From contig OZ025649.1 of assembly GCA_964019335.1 (NCBI GenBank), positions 310,001-374,000 on the forward strand: a DNA stretch of 64,000 nucleotides, written 5' to 3'. This DNA comes from Diplonema japonicum (lineage: Eukaryota; Protista; Euglenozoa: Diplonemea). The translations under genes and the position numbers were made by a program. Below the pieces are notes generated by a model. It saw only the letters and a list, made by a program, of their open reading frames with translations, was not told where the DNA came from and did not search any database. Below are positions 23,633 through 35,668 of the stretch, one piece after another; positions within the stretch are counted from its first letter, which is position 1; the number at the start of each line of letters is the position of its first letter.

Positions 23633-24020
23633 AAAAAAAAAATTTTTTTTTTGTACAATGTGTTATTTCTTTTTTAGATCTTTTCCCTTCCTTAGAAACC
23701 TGTATTTTGAAGAGAAAAAAAAACCCCCCCGGAAGGAATGAGAAAAAGAAATGAAGAAGAAGAAAGGAGTGCATTTTTTTTTTTTTTTTGTGATTTAATC
23801 CTGTATACTTCCACCTGCCGCATCTTTTTTTATTTTTCTCTTCGTCTTCTTTTCTTCTTCTTCTTCTTTTCCACTCCTTCTTCTTCCTCTTTGTTTCAAC
23901 ATTTTTAATTAGTTGTTGATAACTCAGTTTACTTCTTTCTTTTCTATTTTTTTTAGTTCTTATCTTTTTATACAGTGGAGGGAAAGGGGGAGGAGGGCAA
24001 AAAAAAAAAAAAAAAAAGAT

Positions 24021-24422
24021 ATGGAGGCACGGCCTGAAGAATATCACGGTGCCGTGCCTGTTGATTCAGGAGTGAGCGCCTTCAGTCAGGAAGGAGAAGA
24101 ACGAGATCCAACACTGGAACCGCGTTCACCAGGACCGGCAGACAAAGAGCTTGCTGAGCTGATCGCGCTGAGAGACGAGATGAGAAGGAAGAGAGATGAC
24201 CTGAACATTCGTATTGCAGCAGCGGAGAAAAAACAAGAAAAAAATCGAAAAATTGTAATCGGCAACAAGCCGGCCAACCTGCAAGTGGGTGAGCTCTGGG
24301 TGTCCCTCATCACAGATATGCTCTGCAAACAGTGCCCCAGCGACATCACCAGCGAACAACTCGGCCAACGTTTAGCTGCTGAAGTGAAAGATCTAGTGTT
24401 GCAATGCCCTGTGGGTTCGTAG
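24021..24422 (+). CDS. Small coiled-coil hypothetical protein
   Basis: ATG directly after an A-run; coding composition. Confidence 0.65.
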   Translation: MEARPEEYHGAVPVDSGVSAFSQEGEERDPTLEPRSPGPADKELAELIALRDEMRRKRDDLNIRIAAAEKKQEKNRKIVIGNKPANLQVGELWVSLITDMLCKQCPSDITSEQLGQRLAAEVKDLVLQCPVGS

Positions 24423-24580
24423 AAAGGGGAAAAAAAAAAAAAAAAAAAAAAGCTGTATAAAAAAAAAAGTTCTGTCTACGTCTGTGCCATTTTTTTTTTT
24501 TTTTACTTCATTTTATTCTTGTTTTTTTTTGTTGTTTTTTTCTCATCCCCTTCACGTTTATTTCTCAGCGTTTTTCTCCT

Positions 24581-24610
<30 letters not shown>

Positions 24611-24613
<3 letters not shown>

Positions 24614-25441
24614 TCCAAAGGACTCTTTGGTTTCAACGAAAAGCCACAAAAGGCACGTTTCGTGGTACAAAAAGACCTCTTTGACGATGCGACAGCTTGC
24701 AAGGAGTGCGGGTACGCAGGCACACTGGCGTACACATGCAACAAGTGCGAGGAGGTGTATTGTGACAAGTGCGTAGGGTATGAAAGACACACGGCCTGCA
24801 AGGGAGCAGATGTCCGGCAGACAGTGCAGTCAATAGTACCTAGTTTTGTTATCTGCGAATTTAAGGACTGCACGGAAAAGAACATGGTGAAAATACCTTG
24901 TGGAGGCTGTGGAGCTAACTACTGTTCAACCCACCGTGGGGAATATGCACACAGCTGCCCGAAAGCAAAACTCGCACCAATGTTCAACAAGGATCTGCAA
25001 AAAACCGTAAAAAAAGATAAAACGCCTGACCTGATAATGCCGCCCAACCTTCACGTCGATGACAGGAGGAAGATAATTGTCACTATTCCGCCTACTCACC
25101 TGCCGTCAGCTCATCGAAACCCAGTGTCCGCCATTGTTCACAAAAAATGGGGTACCGGTAAGGCGGTCGACTTCCTCCTCTCCTCGTTGTCCATTCCTCG
25201 GGACAGAGTTTTTACCTTTCTCAATCTTTCTACCTTGAAGCCGCTATCGAAGATTGCGTCTTTCACAGAATTATCCTCATCGGGGAAGCTCGGGCCTTCT
25301 GATGCTCTGGTGTTGGTGGAGCAGGCATGGTTGGATGTGTCCGCCTCGGAGCTGCACAAAATACCAGTTTGTGCGGAGGACAAGGCTTGGACGGGTTTTA
25401 CTTCTGACTTTGAAAGGAAGGTTGTCGCTGCAGAGTGCTAA
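24611..25441 (+). CDS. AN1-type zinc finger protein (ZFAND1-like)
   Basis: Two AN1-like fingers (CKEC..CNKC..YC..C..H..C; CEFKDC..CGGC..YCSTH...H.C) and C-terminal KKWGTGKAVDF. Confidence 0.8.
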
Positions 25442-25879
25442 GAGAGGGGAGAAAAAAAAAAAAAACCAAAGTTTTATTAGTTTCCTCCCTTCTAAGTGGG
25501 TCGCAAAAAAAATTTTTTTTTTTTCCCCTTAACTTCGTGGTCCTTTTTTTTTTGGCTTTTCTGAACCCCCCCTATTTATTCCGATCTCCCCTTTTTCATT
25601 TTTTTTTTCTCCTGGCTATCTTGGAGAGGGAAAAAACAAAAAAAGAAAAAAAAAAAACAAATATACTCTATCCTGACGGTGAATAAAAAATAGGAAAACC
25701 GCCCCCCTTTCCCTATCCCCCTTCTTCCACTCTTATTTTTTATTTTTTTATTATTTTTTATTTGTTGGGGCTTACTTTTATGGATTTTTACCAGCACCTT
25801 TTTTTTTCCCCCCCTAGCTTTGTTCTATTAGTTTTTTTCTTTTTTCTTTTTTTTTTTCCCCCTTCTGTTTTTGTCACTC

Positions 25880-25912
<33 letters not shown>

Positions 25913-25932
25913 CAAAAAAATATATATATAAC

Positions 25933-27182
25933 ATGACACCCCAAAGAATATTAGCTAAAACAACGAGAATATTGGCTATCTGTTTGATAATAAGAGAAGC
26001 ATGCGGAGCGATACCTTCACAGGAACCGGAAATAGTACCGTCGGGCGGGAAATTCGAGGGTGCTGTGCAAGGTGGTGTGGCGCTTCTTTCCAACGCTGAT
26101 CGAAGTGTTACAAAACTGTACTATACAGTGAGCAGGTGCTGCGACTGCCCTGACTGGAAACGACCGGATCCAAAAAACGCTGGTATTGATAAAGATACAA
26201 GAGAGCTAAAACGTATCGGGGAAAGGATACACTTAACCACCACATCCTGTGTCAGTTCCCTCGCGGTGACACAAGATCAAGAACCGTCAGATATTGTCAA
26301 AGCACTGTTTCAAATCACAGCAAGCTTGGTCACCCCACCTATCATTAGCCCAAAACGCGGAAAATACCGAGGAAAAGTTGTTCTCACCATGTCCGCTCAG
26401 GACGGCTGCGAAATCTATTATACAATAAACGGCGCTGAACCTTCAAAACAATCTGAAAAATACCATGGGCCCATTACCATAAACACCTTTGGGAAGCACT
26501 ACATACGTGCCGTGTCGATAAGCGGTGGTGTGACGTCTCCGATAACCGTTCACGAAGTGGAAATCGTCCTCCCCGTACGGTACATGGTGGTTACAGACGG
26601 ATGCGACACATGTAAAGGCCCCACTGTCGGACGGCCATTCACCGTTATGTTCCAAGGGTTCAAACCCACTCCCGTTACACGGGTCTTTATATCACCTGTG
26701 GAATGTTCACCAAGAGGTGCGTATCACATGCTGGAAGGCTGTGACTGTCGTGATGGAGTTGTTCCTGCTAATTTAACATTAAAAATGATCACCAACGATG
26801 CTCCAGCAGCGAAAGTTTACATCTGCTTCTCTGAAAATGGAGGGTTGGCTTGGACAACTCTTCTTAACGCTGCCACTGCTGAGCCGTTCTTCCCTTTGTT
26901 CCCACCCCTCTCTGCCAATGGGAGTCATGTCGATCCCACTTCGCTGCACAATGCGCAGCAGGACGGAGGGATGGTTGAGGAAGCTACTCCCAAAGACTGG
27001 GAAGACTACCACAAGGCGGAGAAGCGGAAGAAGGCTCGTGTTGCGAATAGCAACACCGACGTGCTGACTCCTGGTATTGTTGTGTTGGTGATTTTGGTGT
27101 GTTTTTTTTTTTTTTTTTTTTTTCTCTTTTTTAAACACGCAAGCAGGGCACGGGTCTTTGGTTTGCATTCAGAAGAGCGTAA
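25933..27182 (+). CDS. Type I membrane protein with chitobiase/Fn3-associated (CHB_HEX_C-like) domains; intron 27097-27146
   Basis: Signal peptide; P.I.P.GG.F..IYYTING.EP..Y.GPI.I..IRAV motif twice. Splicing completes a TM helix VVLVIL|GTGLWFAF followed by RRA*. Confidence 0.75.
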
Positions 27183-27651
27183 AAAAAAAAAAAAGTTTTT
27201 AAAAAAAAAAAGAGAGAAAATTGGATTCATTGCGCCCTCCCTTTTACGAAAAGAGGAGAAATTGATTGGTCGGTGTTTTTTTTTTGGTGGGGGTCGTTCT
27301 CTATCACCCCCCCTCCTTTTTTTTCTTTTTTACACCCCCCTGCAGGAGATTTTGAGTATTTGAGAACGGGAGGGTGGGATTAAATAAACAAAAAAGGAAA
27401 TCCTGTAAAGTGGAAAAAGTGCACAAGTTTTTTTTTTTTTTTTTTTTTTTTTTGCGAATCCAAGGAATTTGTCACTGGAGGAGCTTTTCTAGTCGATTTT
27501 TTTTCATTTTTTTTTTCACCTTACAGTAATAACTCTAATTTTAGAACATGAAGAAACGAAAGAAAAAGAAAAAAAAAAGAGAAAAACAACCCAAGAACTC
27601 CACGATCTTTTCTTTTTCCTACCCCTCCTGGGTGGAAAAATGTTGATAATC

Positions 27652-27694
<43 letters not shown>

Positions 27695-27854
27695 CCTTCC
27701 TTCTTTTGCTGCCCTGTCCCGGGACAAACCTTTCTCACCCTTAATTTCTTTTAAGATTTAGTTTTATTTTATTTTCTATTCTGACCTCCCCCCCCCCCCC
27801 CCCCAGTGACGAAGGAGGCGAGAGAAAGGGAGTTCGGAAGAAAAAGAAAATAAA

Positions 27855-28296
27855 ATGGGCTTATTTGGCTCGAAAGAAAAAATATATGGTGAACCGATAC
27901 CCTACAAGAAGTTTGTTGAAATAGCTGACGTTTTAATGATGGAAACTGAGGAAGAGTTTGCGGAGCTGGATAGGTGCGTAAATGAGAAAGATGTTGACTG
28001 TATGGCAATTTCTTTAAAAAAAAAAAAAAAAAAAAAAAAACCTTTTCCCAGTACCTGTTACCTTAAGGTGCAGAAAACAAATATCTGTTTGGAATGAAAG
28101 ACTCCTAAAAGCGTTTTGTAAGAACCTTTACGACACGACAGTGAAGTGTCAGAAAAATGCAGGGGTCAACTGGCACCTTGATTGCAAGGCAGAGACGAAC
28201 GAGCTAATGCACTGCGGCGACGACAGCATGCGGCGCTTGTACCAGTTCAACTTAACTCGAAAAAAAAACGAAGCGAAGGGGACACAAGGAGAGTGA
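27855..28296 (+). CDS. Small twin-CX9C (CHCH-like) protein; intron 28000-28051
   Basis: Spliced product MGLFGSK...VD|LPVTLRC...FCKNLYDTTVKC...DCKAETNELMHC...GE*. Not visible as a single ORF in the track. Confidence 0.65.
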
Positions 28297-28384
28297 CCCC
28301 CCCAACAGTCTTATGCTTCCCGTTAAGACACGCTTCCTCACTTTTTTTTTTTTTAAAGGTTTTTTATTACACCGGATCGAAAAT

Positions 28385-31300
28385 ATGAAACACGCGTTTC
28401 TAGCTGTGTTTTTCCCTGTTGCCGTGCTGTCGTGGAACGGCAGTGCGTGCGGCACAGAGCGCACCCCATGCAGTGCGGACTGTTGGTATTCGGTTACCAC
28501 ATATGATGAGAACTGCACCGTTGCTGAGGTGGTGCGCGAGAGGTGTTTTACAGAGGGGTGTTCATTGCTACCTGTGCCTGTTTACCTTGTATTCGAGGCA
28601 GGACACGCACCCAGCCACGCGGACCTTCCTGACACGATAAACCAGCACATGGCCTCCCCCTCATCATCTGATGAGGTGCTGCACATGCCGCCCACCACCT
28701 TGTGCTACGGGGATGCAGACGCCAACACAACATGCAGCGAGCTGCAAGCTATCTTCCAGGACAACGACGAGGCGTACCAGTGCACAACGAACACGACCGT
28801 CGACTGCAGCCAAGCACCACCCGCATCGCAGACATGCACCGTCTCTGTGATGTACAACGTCTATTCTCTGGGCAATACCACATCACTTGAAGAGGCGTTG
28901 AACAGGAGCATCGAGGTGGGTGACCTCCCTGTCGTGAAGTTCATGGTTGGGAACGATACCCATCATGAGGAGGGGGAGACACCTGCACCGGAGGTGCCTG
29001 TTGAGACACTTGAGTGGAACGACACAAACACCACCACCGGGGGGAACAATGTGACGGACAACAGCAGCGAAGTGTCTTGCGCCACGGAACGCACCCCATG
29101 CAGTGCTGAGTGCTGGCGTACTGTTACCACATACGACGAGAACTGCTCTGTTGCTGAGGTGGCACTGGAGAGGTGCTTTGCTGACACCTGTGCGTCAGTA
29201 CCTGTGTACATGGTGTACGAGGCTGGGTACGTGGTGAGTACCGGGCAGCACTCCAACGGCACAGCACTCATGACACTGGTGAGCGAGCATGTCGATGCGG
29301 TGCTGCATGTGGTGCCAGGCACAATGTGCTACGGCGATGCGGACGTAAACACCACATGCGAAGAGCTGTTGGATATGTTCGAAGACAACAAGTGCACAGG
29401 AAACGCGACAGACTGCGGCAACCAGGTATGAACACACGTAATTTCCATTTCACACAGACATGCGCCCTGTCTGTGTTGTACAACTTTTATTTTCTGGGCA
29501 ACACCACATCACTTGAAGAGGCTTTGAACAAGAGCATCGAAGCGGGTGACCTCCCTGTCGTGAAGTTCATGGTTGGGAACGATACCCATCATGAAGACGA
29601 ACCCGTTGTACCCGACAGTGGTGCCAACGAAACGAACAACACCAACAGTGACGGCGACGAGGTGTCCTGTACCACGGAACGCACCCCCTGCAGTGCTGAG
29701 TGCTGGCGTACTGTCAAGACATACAGCGAAAACTGCACTGCTGTTGAGGTCGTTCACGAAACGTGCTTCACAGATGCCTGTGTGGCAGTGTCCGTGCCTG
29801 TGTACATGGTGTATGGTACGGAGTACTCTAGTGATCTCGCAATGGAGATGCATGGAAACGGAATGGAGCTAAGGGGCATCATCAGCGACCACGTGTTGAA
29901 TGCAACTGTGCTGCACGTTGCACCGCTCAGGCAGTGCCACGGTGAAGTGAACAGTAACACGACGAGTGAAGAGCTGCTCGACATTTTCAAAATGAGCAAT
30001 TCGTCCACCTGTACCGACCCTAGCAACACAACCAACATGACAGGCTGTGAGGTATGTGACTGGTTGTTGAAACACCACACAGGCATGCGCCCTATCTGTG
30101 ATGTACGACTTCTACTTTCTGGGCAACACCACATCACTTGAAGAGGCTTTGAACAGGAGCATCGAGGCAGGTGACCTCCCTGTCGTGAAGTTCATGGTTG
30201 GGAACGATACCCATCATGAGGAGGGGGAGACACCTGCACCGGAGGTGCCTGTTGAGACACCTGAGTGGAACGACACTACAAATGTTAATGACACGAACAG
30301 CACTGCAGGCAACGATACAATCGGAGGGGAGAGCAATAAAACTACATGCACCACTGAACGTACCCCATGCAGTGCGGACTGTTGGTATTCGGTTACCACA
30401 TATGATGAGAACTGCACCGTTGCTGAGGTAGTGCGTGACAGGTGCTTTGTAGATAAGTGCGCTGCGGTGCTTACGCCCGTCTACCTGGTGTACGAGGCTG
30501 AGTATGATGACACAGCAATGTTTCATTCCAACGATGCTGCCCTTGCACTGGCACTGAACAAAGCGCTTGTGGGCACAGACGAAGTGTTGCGTGTAGTGCC
30601 GAGGACACTGTGCTACGGCGATGCTGACACGAACACGACACGCAACGAGCTGCTGGCGATCTTCAAGGGAAATGACGACGCTTACCAGTGCACAACGAAC
30701 CTGTCTGCTGAGTGCAGCGAACAGGTATATGCTCACCTAGCAAAGTCAAAGCCAACACAGACCTCATGCGCCCTGTCTGTGATGTACGACTTCTACTTTC
30801 TGGGCAACACCACATCACTTGAAGAGGCTTTAAACAGGAGCATCGAGGCGGGTGACCTCCCTGTCGTGAAGTTCATGGTTGGGAACGATACCCATCATGA
30901 GGTGGAGGAAACACCTGCACCGTGTGAGCCCCGTACAGAGACATCGCCCTGCAACGCAGAATGTATGCAGGAGACAGTGAGGCATGACGACAAGTGCAAT
31001 GTCTCGAAGGTGTGGCAGAACTGCTACACAGGGGAGTGCAGAAGGGTGCCTGTCTACTTCATGGCGATGGGCGATTACAGTATAGAGCATATTAGGAGGA
31101 TGAGAGGGAATGAAAGTGTTATTCAAGGTGCACTGGCGACCTTATTTGAGGAGGCAGTGCTGGTGACACAAATTGTGTTGAAGTTGGTCTGCAGGCTACC
31201 GCGGGAGAGGGCGGTGAGGGGGGTTCTCACCTCTGAAAGAAGTGACAGTAGTACGTGTGTGCACTTTGCTGATGGGAGGCCTGCAGGAAAGAAGGCAGGT

Positions 31301-31570
31301 GTGTTGGCGTCAACCAGCAACCCTGTCATTATATTTGAGTACGTCTTTGTGACCACCATTGGCAGCACTGAGCTTATTTCAATGTTAAAAACTGTCATAG
31401 CAAACTCCTCTTCACTCCTCTTCACTTCTGTTTTTGCAAGCAACGAAGGAGCGGGTGTGGCAACCCCACCCCCAGTCTTCGCTCAGTCTCCTTATGATGC
31501 GTCCGGTAGGTTCTCTCCTTCCCTTGCCTTATTTGTTTTTATCATCACCTTCTTTCTCATCTTCTTTTAA
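28385..31570 (+). CDS. Secreted/GPI-type Cys-rich tandem-repeat surface glycoprotein; introns 29426-29457, 30052-30082, 30725-30760
   Basis: Signal peptide MKHAFLAVFFPVAVLS; four ~210-aa repeats beginning C.TERTPCSA.CW plus a divergent fifth; many NxT sites; hydrophobic C-terminus. Confidence 0.8.
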
Positions 31571-32367
31571 GCAGAATGAAGTGCTGTTTACGTCCTATTC
31601 TTCTTCCTCTCTTTCCTTCTTCTTTTCCTTTCTTTCTTCTTTTTTTTTTTAAAAAAGATATGGTGAAAAATCTCTTCTTTAGAAAAAAGAAAAGAATAGG
31701 AAGAAAGAAAAGGAACGAAGGCCCCAAAATATTTTGTAAGCTCATCTTTCGGAGCATCCTTCTCATTTTGTTGACATCATGGATGTGTGGTAACAAGAAG
31801 AAAAAAAAAGTGTAGCAAATAGAAATCCCACCCTGTTGTTCAGTAATGCAATAATGTGGAAGAGGGGAAAGGCTCGTGGCATTACAAAGCAATGTAAACA
31901 AGTAAAGTACCCTGATCAGTAGCTGTTATTCGTCTCCTTTTCTTATGGGCGCAGTGAGCAGCCATTGTTTCAAGGGCCCTCCTGCGTCAAGTTAGTTTCT
32001 CCAGAGAACATTTTTTCTTTTTATTATTCCTCTTCAGCGGTAGGTCCCCCAGAATGTGTTTGTTTTACAGCAAACGTTTCCCCCCCTTTGAAGAATTATT
32101 TAAGAACGAAGTAAAGCTGCTCGACAAGATGGTTTGCGCAAGCCAAGAAAGTCGTGCATTGAAGCGTTGAAAGGGGATGGAAGGCTTTTCGAAAGAAGGC
32201 GTTCGCTGTGCCCCCTTTTTTCTCTCTCTTTCTTCTTTTTTTTGTTCCACTCACCCTGCTTGCGTTGCCTCTCTGATTATTTTCAAAAAAGATTTTTTTT
32301 AATGTCACTTCAATCCTTTTGACAAGCAACAGAGGGGGGTAAATGTTATGAACGAAAAAAGAAGAAA

Positions 32368-34326
32368 ATGAGCAAAGAACAGCTATATGGGATAGATGTG
32401 CATGTGGGGAAGGTCTCGGGGAGGTTCGAAATGCCAACAGGGATGAAGGTGGCTGTTGTAATGAGAGTGTGGGACTTCCCTGGTGTGCGTGTCGAGGAGA
32501 GTGATGAGGAGAGGGGGCGGAACTGGGTGTTCCAGATGACCGAGGAGGACTTAGCTGCATTTTCACCTGTGACAGTTACTCTGGAAGCTGTCACTGACAC
32601 AGTGCCTGAATGTGTGCTGGCGTCTGCAACGGTCAAGGTGAGCCTCACCCAGTCACACTTCACCCCTGTTCGGCTCTCTGACTTCTTCCAGACCGTCCTG
32701 TTTGACATTTTACCCTTCCAGGCTCGTCTCATGCACCTAGGCCTCCCCTCCCGCCCTCCTCCCCTTGTCTCTCGTCCCGTTCTACCTCGTCCTTGTTTCT
32801 ACAGTGAAGTTTGCAGGCTCCTCGTGGGCGACGTGGTCCCCCAAGTGCCAACACCGCTCTCTGTTCCCATCCCTCAGGCACCACTCATATCCCCTGCATC
32901 CAAGGAACCGGAACCGCCAGCACTCCAAGAACCCCCCACACCGCATGACAAGTCCAAACGGTACGTCATTTACGTCCCAGGTCCAAAGAAAAGCTGGTGG
33001 AAAGCCGCCAAAGGCGAACAAAGCCCCACCACCCTGCCAAAGAAGAAGAAACCGAAGAAGAAACCCCGCAAGGCCTCGCCCCCCTCGCTGCCACCCGTTG
33101 GGCTTGTGGGGAACAACAACAAAAAGCTCAGCGACATGGAAGCCACCAGCGTGAAGGAAGTGGCAGTTGAGCTGCACGTGAGAAAGGAGGCTTCACACGA
33201 AGAACACAAGAAAGAGAGTACCTTGATGGCTGAGGACGGGAAGCATCATCCGTACCAAGCGATGCTCCAGCGGCTGCACCAGGAGATCCTGGCTACGTAC
33301 CCGACCCTGCGTGCCGGGTTTGCTCAGTGGAACACGAACAGTGACAGAGTTCTGTCTAAAGTGGAATTTACGCAAGGCATCACCAACTTGAATTTGTGCA
33401 GCACCAAGTGGGTTGCCGATGCACTTCCAGACGTCGATGTTGCAGATGCGTGGATAAGCAGGCCCGGACTGGTGACAATTGAGGACAAGAAAGGTGCGTT
33501 ACTTGGGTATTCCTTCACTCGCAAAACAGACGGGTCTGTGACGGGGATGCACGATGCAGCGCCAGAAGCACGAGAGGACTGGGTGACACGAGAGACGTGT
33601 GACAAGCTTTACGCTCATATGGACAGCGATGGGAGCAACTCTATAACACTAACAGAGTTCCTACACATGATGGAACGGGCACGGGGAGATGCGACACCCG
33701 CAAAAGGTGAGCACAGCCCTACATCGTCTGTCAGCTCAGTCAGGGAGAGGAAAGGACTGCGAGTTGAGTCCATCAAAAAAGACCTTGCGGGTATGGAACA
33801 GCGGCTGCAATCAGGGAAAAGCAGACGGGAGCAAGAAGTCATCAAGGCAGTGGCGATCAGAAATCTTGGAGAGCTGCTACGGTTGGAACACGGCTCAATC
33901 AGGGCCGCGTTTTCCTTGTTCAACACCAACAGCAGGTCCGGCTATCAGACATTGTCTGAAGAGGAGTGGGGCAGCATCAGCAAGTTCGGGTTGCCCGCAA
34001 CCACTGTCAGCATACTGTACAAGGCGATCACCTGCGACGCTGCAGAGCGGCTCACCCTAAAGCAGTTCAAAGGTTCTTTCGAATGGCTTGGTAAGATGGC
34101 TCGCGTCACGGATTCTCAAGAAGACCTCAAAGCTGCGTTTGCTGCAATGAAGCAGTCCTTTAACACATCTCTTGCCAACCGCTGTGGTGCCCAAGGTCTT
34201 GTCGTCCAATTAAAACAAGAAGGCCTCGTTTTGATGGAATTCATCGCAGACAAAGATTGGGCTGGTCAGAACAAGGCGTGGATCCCTGAATCGACCCTGA
34301 CCGTTTCTACACAAAAGCCAGTTTAG
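32368..34326 (+). CDS. EF-hand-containing protein
   Basis: DSDGSNSITLTEF and NTNSDRVLSKVEF loops; Pro-rich linker. Confidence 0.75.
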   Translation: MSKEQLYGIDVHVGKVSGRFEMPTGMKVAVVMRVWDFPGVRVEESDEERGRNWVFQMTEEDLAAFSPVTVTLEAVTDTVPECVLASATVKVSLTQSHFTPVRLSDFFQTVLFDILPFQARLMHLGLPSRPPPLVSRPVLPRPCFYSEVCRLLVGDVVPQVPTPLSVPIPQAPLISPASKEPEPPALQEPPTPHDKSKRYVIYVPGPKKSWWKAAKGEQSPTTLPKKKKPKKKPRKASPPSLPPVGLVGNNNKKLSDMEATSVKEVAVELHVRKEASHEEHKKESTLMAEDGKHHPYQAMLQRLHQEILATYPTLRAGFAQWNTNSDRVLSKVEFTQGITNLNLCSTKWVADALPDVDVADAWISRPGLVTIEDKKGALLGYSFTRKTDGSVTGMHDAAPEAREDWVTRETCDKLYAHMDSDGSNSITLTEFLHMMERARGDATPAKGEHSPTSSVSSVRERKGLRVESIKKDLAGMEQRLQSGKSRREQEVIKAVAIRNLGELLRLEHGSIRAAFSLFNTNSRSGYQTLSEEEWGSISKFGLPATTVSILYKAITCDAAERLTLKQFKGSFEWLGKMARVTDSQEDLKAAFAAMKQSFNTSLANRCGAQGLVVQLKQEGLVLMEFIADKDWAGQNKAWIPESTLTVSTQKPV

Positions 34327-34421
34327 TTGTATTCTGTTGCTGGCTTATTGTTCTATGATGAACAGAAACACTTGTTATTGTAATTGTCGAAAGGGGGGGG
34401 GGGGGGGGGGTGTTGGCTGTT

Positions 34422-34992
34422 ATGCGGTATCTCTTTATTAGGTACAAAGTTTGTAACCATTGCGCACAAACAAAGAATAACTTGCCTATTCTTTCCCCCC
34501 CCCTCCTTTTTTCTTTTTTCCAGCTTACACCCACGTGGCGTTGACTGTGGCTTAGTCTTTGCAAAGCGGCCCTTTAATTACTGTAGTAGCCAGCCGGTGA
34601 ACAACCCGACTAATTTCTTTTTTAGCTTGTAACAAAAGAGGTGTTCACAGATTTACAAGCTTTTTCCAATGGCCAGTACAGTACTCACAAAGGAGGGAGG
34701 GAGGAGGGAATAATGCGGCAAAACAAAGCATGGAAAACCCTCGCTTGGAAAGGGCTGGGCACGCCTGGGGCCAAGTTGGTGGTGGAGAGGCTGAAGGATC
34801 TGAATCTGGAACCAAGGGTGGTTGGCCCGCAAGACAAGGCAATGTTTAAAAAAATGGTAGATGAGCACGTGGGATGGGCAGTGCAGGACGACGCAACGAA
34901 GGTACCAGGGTGCTCTTGGAGGAGCAGATTGGAAAGAGAACGACCTACAACAGACATAGCACCAGGGTATGGACGCAACAAAGGGAACGAGA

Positions 34993-35025
<33 letters not shown>

Positions 35026-35535
35026 AGGCTACGGGATTGGGACGTGAGAGAATTAAACCCTGACATACCAACACCGAACCACATGCAAGACATTTACAAC
35101 AAATCAGTGCTGATAGGGCTGTACGAGAAGAGACACTCTGATCAGCTAGTGGGTGGCATCGCATACACCACACTGACCAGTGGGGAGGGTGAGGAGGAGG
35201 TCACAACAGGAACATTCCACGTGGTTGCTGTCACCACGAACACAAGGAGACAGTCAGCAGCTTCTCTCATGATTCTAGGAATGCTGGAGGACATGCGCGC
35301 CAGCGGCTGCCAAGTATGAAGATCACAATCACATGTCATCACACACAGGCCTGCTTCGGCACCATCCCTTCTGCAGACCATCTCCGCAAACCGTGGATAG
35401 CCCCTTGGCTCCACCAGCTTTCTTTCAAACAAACAGAGCACTTCCGAGAAGGCGTGGAAGTCATGCAACAATCCTTCACAAGTGAAAACTTCATCGTAGA
35501 TGTGTTATCAGGTGACGACGTAGAGGAGGACGAGG

Positions 35536-35540
<5 letters not shown>
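34422..35540 (+). CDS. GNAT-fold acetyltransferase-like protein; introns 34967-35027 and 35314-35348 (tentative upstream introns 34442-34523, 34597-34625)
   Basis: LVGGIAY...FHVVAVTTNTRRQSAASLMI resembles GNAT motif A. Introns restore the frame; the 5' end is uncertain. Confidence 0.55.
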
Positions 35541-35581
<41 letters not shown>

Positions 35582-35668
35582 ACAGTGTTCACAATTGTTT
35601 ATTATCCTTGGCTTTCCCATTTCATACTTCACAGGAAGCGAGCGTTAGCGGGGGGGGGGGCGGGTGTT

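Noticed and set aside
28867-30900. Four ~100-nt near-identical repeats as CRISPR or DGR-like array
   Set aside because: Eukaryotic, in-frame coding repeats with ~630-680 nt period and no A-specific mutation pattern evident.
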